Shown: positions 60,646 through 64,000 of the stretch, piece after piece | Position numbering within the stretch: position 1 is the stretch's first letter | Layout of the letters: each line of letters starts with the position of its first letter | DNA from: Hypanus sabinus | Lineage: Eukaryota | Length of the DNA: 64,000 nucleotides | NCBI RefSeq assembly: GCF_030144855.1 | Contig: NC_082711.1 | Coordinates: forward strand, 149,048,001 to 149,112,000 | Reading direction: 5' to 3' | The notes under the pieces: generated by a model | What the model was told of the DNA's origin: nothing | Databases searched by the model: none | Seen by the model: the letters and a program-made list of their open reading frames with translations, nothing else | Made by a program: the position numbers and the translations under genes

Positions 60646-62415
60646 AAAAAGTATTGAAATTACTAATTGGGTGGAAATTAAGAATTCAAACACCTAGTAA
60701 TTCCATGTTACTTCTTTTTAAATTGAAACTGCAATCACTGTCACCCCAATGCAGATTGTATAAAAACTATAAAGACTGCATTTTCATTTGTGAGATTTAT
60801 ACATCAGTCATGTCATGCTTCCTAGTATAATGCCAGGAAAAAGGGGCATGAATCTTTATGGTCACATCACATTCACAGACTTTATAGAGAAAAGGAAGGC
60901 TGGGCTGCTTACAAGGTGGAAAGTTTAAACTTTAACTTCTTGAACATGATGATAGAAATAGATTTGAAGATGCGGGAAGCAGTACCTGAGGAAACAGAAA
61001 TGTTCTCACGTCAGCCTACATGCGGGGCAGGAAGAGAAGCAGAGTTATCCATCAGATTTGGAGGGAATAGGTTCAAGGGAGCATCTCATTGGCAAGAGAC
61101 ACATTAAGGGACAGGAGAAAAGGAAGTAAAAAAGATGCAAGTGCAGGGCAAGGGGAATAGGTATAAGTTTCTCCCAGTGGATCCAGGGGAAGGGAAGGGA
61201 GCAGGAACAGTGTTTGACCAATGCTCTCACTCTTAGTGGCAAAGAGGTCCATGAACTAATTGGATCTGCTGAGAGGGAATGTGCAAAAGGCAAACAATGA
61301 AACACGTTTTCTAGTGAGTTTTCATTTAAACTCACTCAGGAACTATGAGATACTTCCAACCAATCTTTTAACAATGGTCTAATTACTATGGAGTGTGCAG
61401 CCTCTGAAACAGGTGCCTAGGACCATCGGGTCATCAGCCAATATGTCAATTAAATCATTCATTATAAATAACAAAAAGATTTGAGGCAAAGTCTCATACT
61501 GACTGTGAAGATTTATTACTTGAAGCTTTAGCTATTGGAAGCCAGGAAGCAAAATAGAGCACATTAATAACGACATAAATTTCTTTGTCAGAAGCTGACA
61601 GAAATTTCCACCACTTATCAATTTTAAGTGAAACAAAATGAGTTGTTGAAAATCCCAAAGGTTACATTTTTAAAGGGTACTTCTTAGTAAATTACTTAAG
61701 AGTGCTTATGCACAGGAAATTACATCTCCTTAGGACATTACACTAAATGCAGATGGAGAGCAGCTATTTTCTCTCCCTCTGTGTATAAATGGCAAAGATT
61801 TATTACCATTGCCATTTATGTACCTAAAAACCCAGTAAGATCTAGATTGTCTCATACTGAAATCAGAACCTATAAAAAGACTGGCAAAGATGAAATATGA
61901 ATATGGCTGATCATGCTTTTGGGAATACATCTCCATTTTACAAGTCTCTTCTGTTGCTTCTTGGTATTCATTTTAATGTTAAATGCACTTACTGCAATGG
62001 CCATGAAACTATCAATCTATAGTTAGTGTTTGGTCTCCATTATCAAAGGCAACATCAAAGACTGGCCTTATACAGCTTTAATACATTGACAGTGGAATGA
62101 TAGAATTCAGCAGCCACAGAACTCTTACCGAGATTCCTCATGCAGCAATCTCCGTGTTTTCAGAACTGACAATTAGGAGCTGCTAAATGTGACTTTCTCT
62201 TGTGCTGTGGATAATGGGATAGCTTCTGCCTCCAGAATCATTGATTTAACTCAGCGATTAAAATAACTGCAATTGTAGTCGCTGCTAGAGAATGTTACAT
62301 TGCAATAAGAGGACATTTATTCTATCTATGGTTCTCTTTTCTTCACACCAGTCAGCTAAAATTATTCCACTGTTCTTGCATGCTTTAAATGTGTTTAAAA
62401 TTTGTTATCAACATA

Positions 62416-63480
62416 CAGTGCCTTGGAAAAAGTATTCAACCCCCATCTTTGATCATGTAAATGAGGATTACAACTAAGGATTTTGATCAATTTAACTGAA
62501 AATGTTTATTTGTGAACCACTGCTTTTTTCACAGTAGAGACCAAAATATCAGGGAAAATTGTAAAACACGAACAACTAAAAATTCAAGAAGTATTTAACC
62601 CCATTTGCTCAGTGCTTAGTTGAATCACTTCTCACAGACAGAATGTGGTGAACTAAATATACCTGTCTGGACACCCCCCCCCCCCCCGCTGACTGCTCCT
62701 GTGGCTCCTCCCACTGACCATGGCACCTCCCATGGACCCTGGTATAAAGGCGATTGAAGACGCCGCCCTGGTCTCAGTCTCCAGGATGCTGTGTGGTGGT
62801 CAATTGCTGCTTGTTCTTTCTTCCAGCCGATAAAAGCCGATATCTCGCCTCACGTCTCCAACAGTTATTGATGGTGCATCACAGAAGTCTTTTTGCATAA
62901 ATCTCTATTAGCTTTGCACAACATGATGGAGCAAGATTTGCCCATTTTTCTTTGCAAAATCGGTCAAACTGTGACAGCTTAGTTGGGGAGTGGAGATGGA
63001 CAGCAATCTATCAGGTTAAGGTCTGAACTCTGACTTGGCCACTCAAAGAGATTAATTTTCTTCATTTGAAGACACTTCATGGTTGCTCTAGCAGTGTGCA
63101 TTGAGTCGTCGTCCTACTGAAAGACAAACTTGCTCACCAGTTTAAGCTTTCTTGCAAAGGCCGACAGGTTTTTATCCAGGATCTCTCTGTAGTTAGCAAT
63201 ATTCATCTTCCCATCAGTCCTGTCCTGCTGCTGAAAAGCATTCCCACAGCATGATGCTACCTAAACCATACTTTACAGTAGGAATGGTATAGTAAATCTA
63301 ATACTGTGCTTGCTGATGCACATTAGTAGATTTATGACATTCATTCAGCTTTAAAAAAAGCTTATCCTTGCCTGTAAATACTTTGCAAAGCATCATTTAG
63401 AAGATATGGATGAAGATCTTCTGGTTGGATGAGGCTAAAATGAAACTTCTTGGCTTCAACACTAAGTGGTACATACAGTA
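62416..63480 (-). mobile_element. Decayed Tc1 transposon
   Basis: TA|CAGTGCCTTGGAAAAAGTATTCAACCCC TIR with internal DR at about 62590. Minus strand FVFQ.DDDSMH..EWPSQSSDLNLI; plus-strand piece FAKHH..FWLDEAK at about 63380-63470. Confidence 0.85.
62644..62881 (+). mobile_element. Solo LTR in Tc1
   Basis: TG...CA ends, TATAAA, perfect 5-bp TSD CAGAA. Confidence 0.93.
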
Positions 63481-63783
63481 GATTTATCATTGAGATCTTT
63501 AAACTCCTACACACTATTGGTGTCTGGCTTACAGCTCACAACAAAGGTAGCATGAAGAGGGAGAAATGTATTGTTGGCCTCAATAAGGCATGACCTTCTT
63601 TAGTACCAACATTCAGAGGAAAGTGCATTATCCCCTCTCTCTTAAGAAAAAAAATACAATTGTACATTCACCTAATTCAGCCAACATAATGGCACCACCG
63701 TGAATTCCAAGCACACAAGAGTACCACCATCCATGTCCATTCATTGTCCCAACTGACCCACTGCCTTTTATTTGGGATCTCAA

Positions 63784-64000
63784 TTTCAAGATGGTGGCGT
63801 GATGCAGTGCGCAGCGGCCTCTCCAGGAATGAATATCTGTTATCTGTAAGTAGGGGCCGTGTACAATCCTGATTTGATGGAGATGGACGTGTGAAGCACG
63901 GAGGAACATCTGGTGAAACTTTTGAAATGCCTGTTTTGCTGCTGGTGCTTGGTGTCGGAGGCTCGAAGTTTTCGGACGGACTCGGAGTTGGCTGTGGTCG
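63784..64000 (+). mobile_element. 5' end of a putative non-autonomous retroelement (runs off window)
   Basis: Abrupt CpG-rich start ttcaagatggtggcg (YY1-like CAAGATGG, common at LINE 5' ends). Confidence 0.4.

Noticed and set aside
60900-61330. Purine-rich block, possibly an old Penelope 5' piece
   Set aside because: Too degenerate to assign by eye.
1-64000. Prokaryotic systems (CRISPR arrays, retrons, operons) suggested by the many RT fragments
   Set aside because: There is no repeat-spacer array or operon structure. All RT motifs belong to eukaryotic LINE and Penelope families and are frame-disrupted.

Overview
Non-bacterial, repeat-dense vertebrate DNA, intronic or intergenic. The mix of esterase-ORF1 CR1 LINEs, Rex1/Babar LINEs, Penelope elements with hammerhead motifs and V-SINE-like tRNA SINEs suggests a cartilaginous fish (inference). 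I recognise no host protein-coding gene, rRNA, tRNA gene or CRISPR array. Nearly all ORF-track entries are decayed transposon frames or chance ORFs. More than half of the window is nested mobile elements: CR1, Rex1, a HERO-type RLE retrotransposon tail, Penelope, four Gypsy relics, several solo LTRs, and hAT, Tc1, mariner, Tigger, Chapaev3-like and Harbinger-like DNA transposons. The sequence does not support a claim of a new biological system. The best leads are: a young 1.6 kb integrase-only LTR element (39934-41509), one of three RT-less Gypsy derivatives; a hAT MITE carrying a solo LTR of that family; a nested double-palindrome mariner MITE; a composite Tc1 MITE enclosing a LINE tail; a structured HERO 3' UTR; and two phase-compatible candidate host exons in unique DNA (10031-10072, 19660-19735). 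Family names come from motif recognition by eye, not from searches. Boundaries without TSDs or TIRs are approximate.
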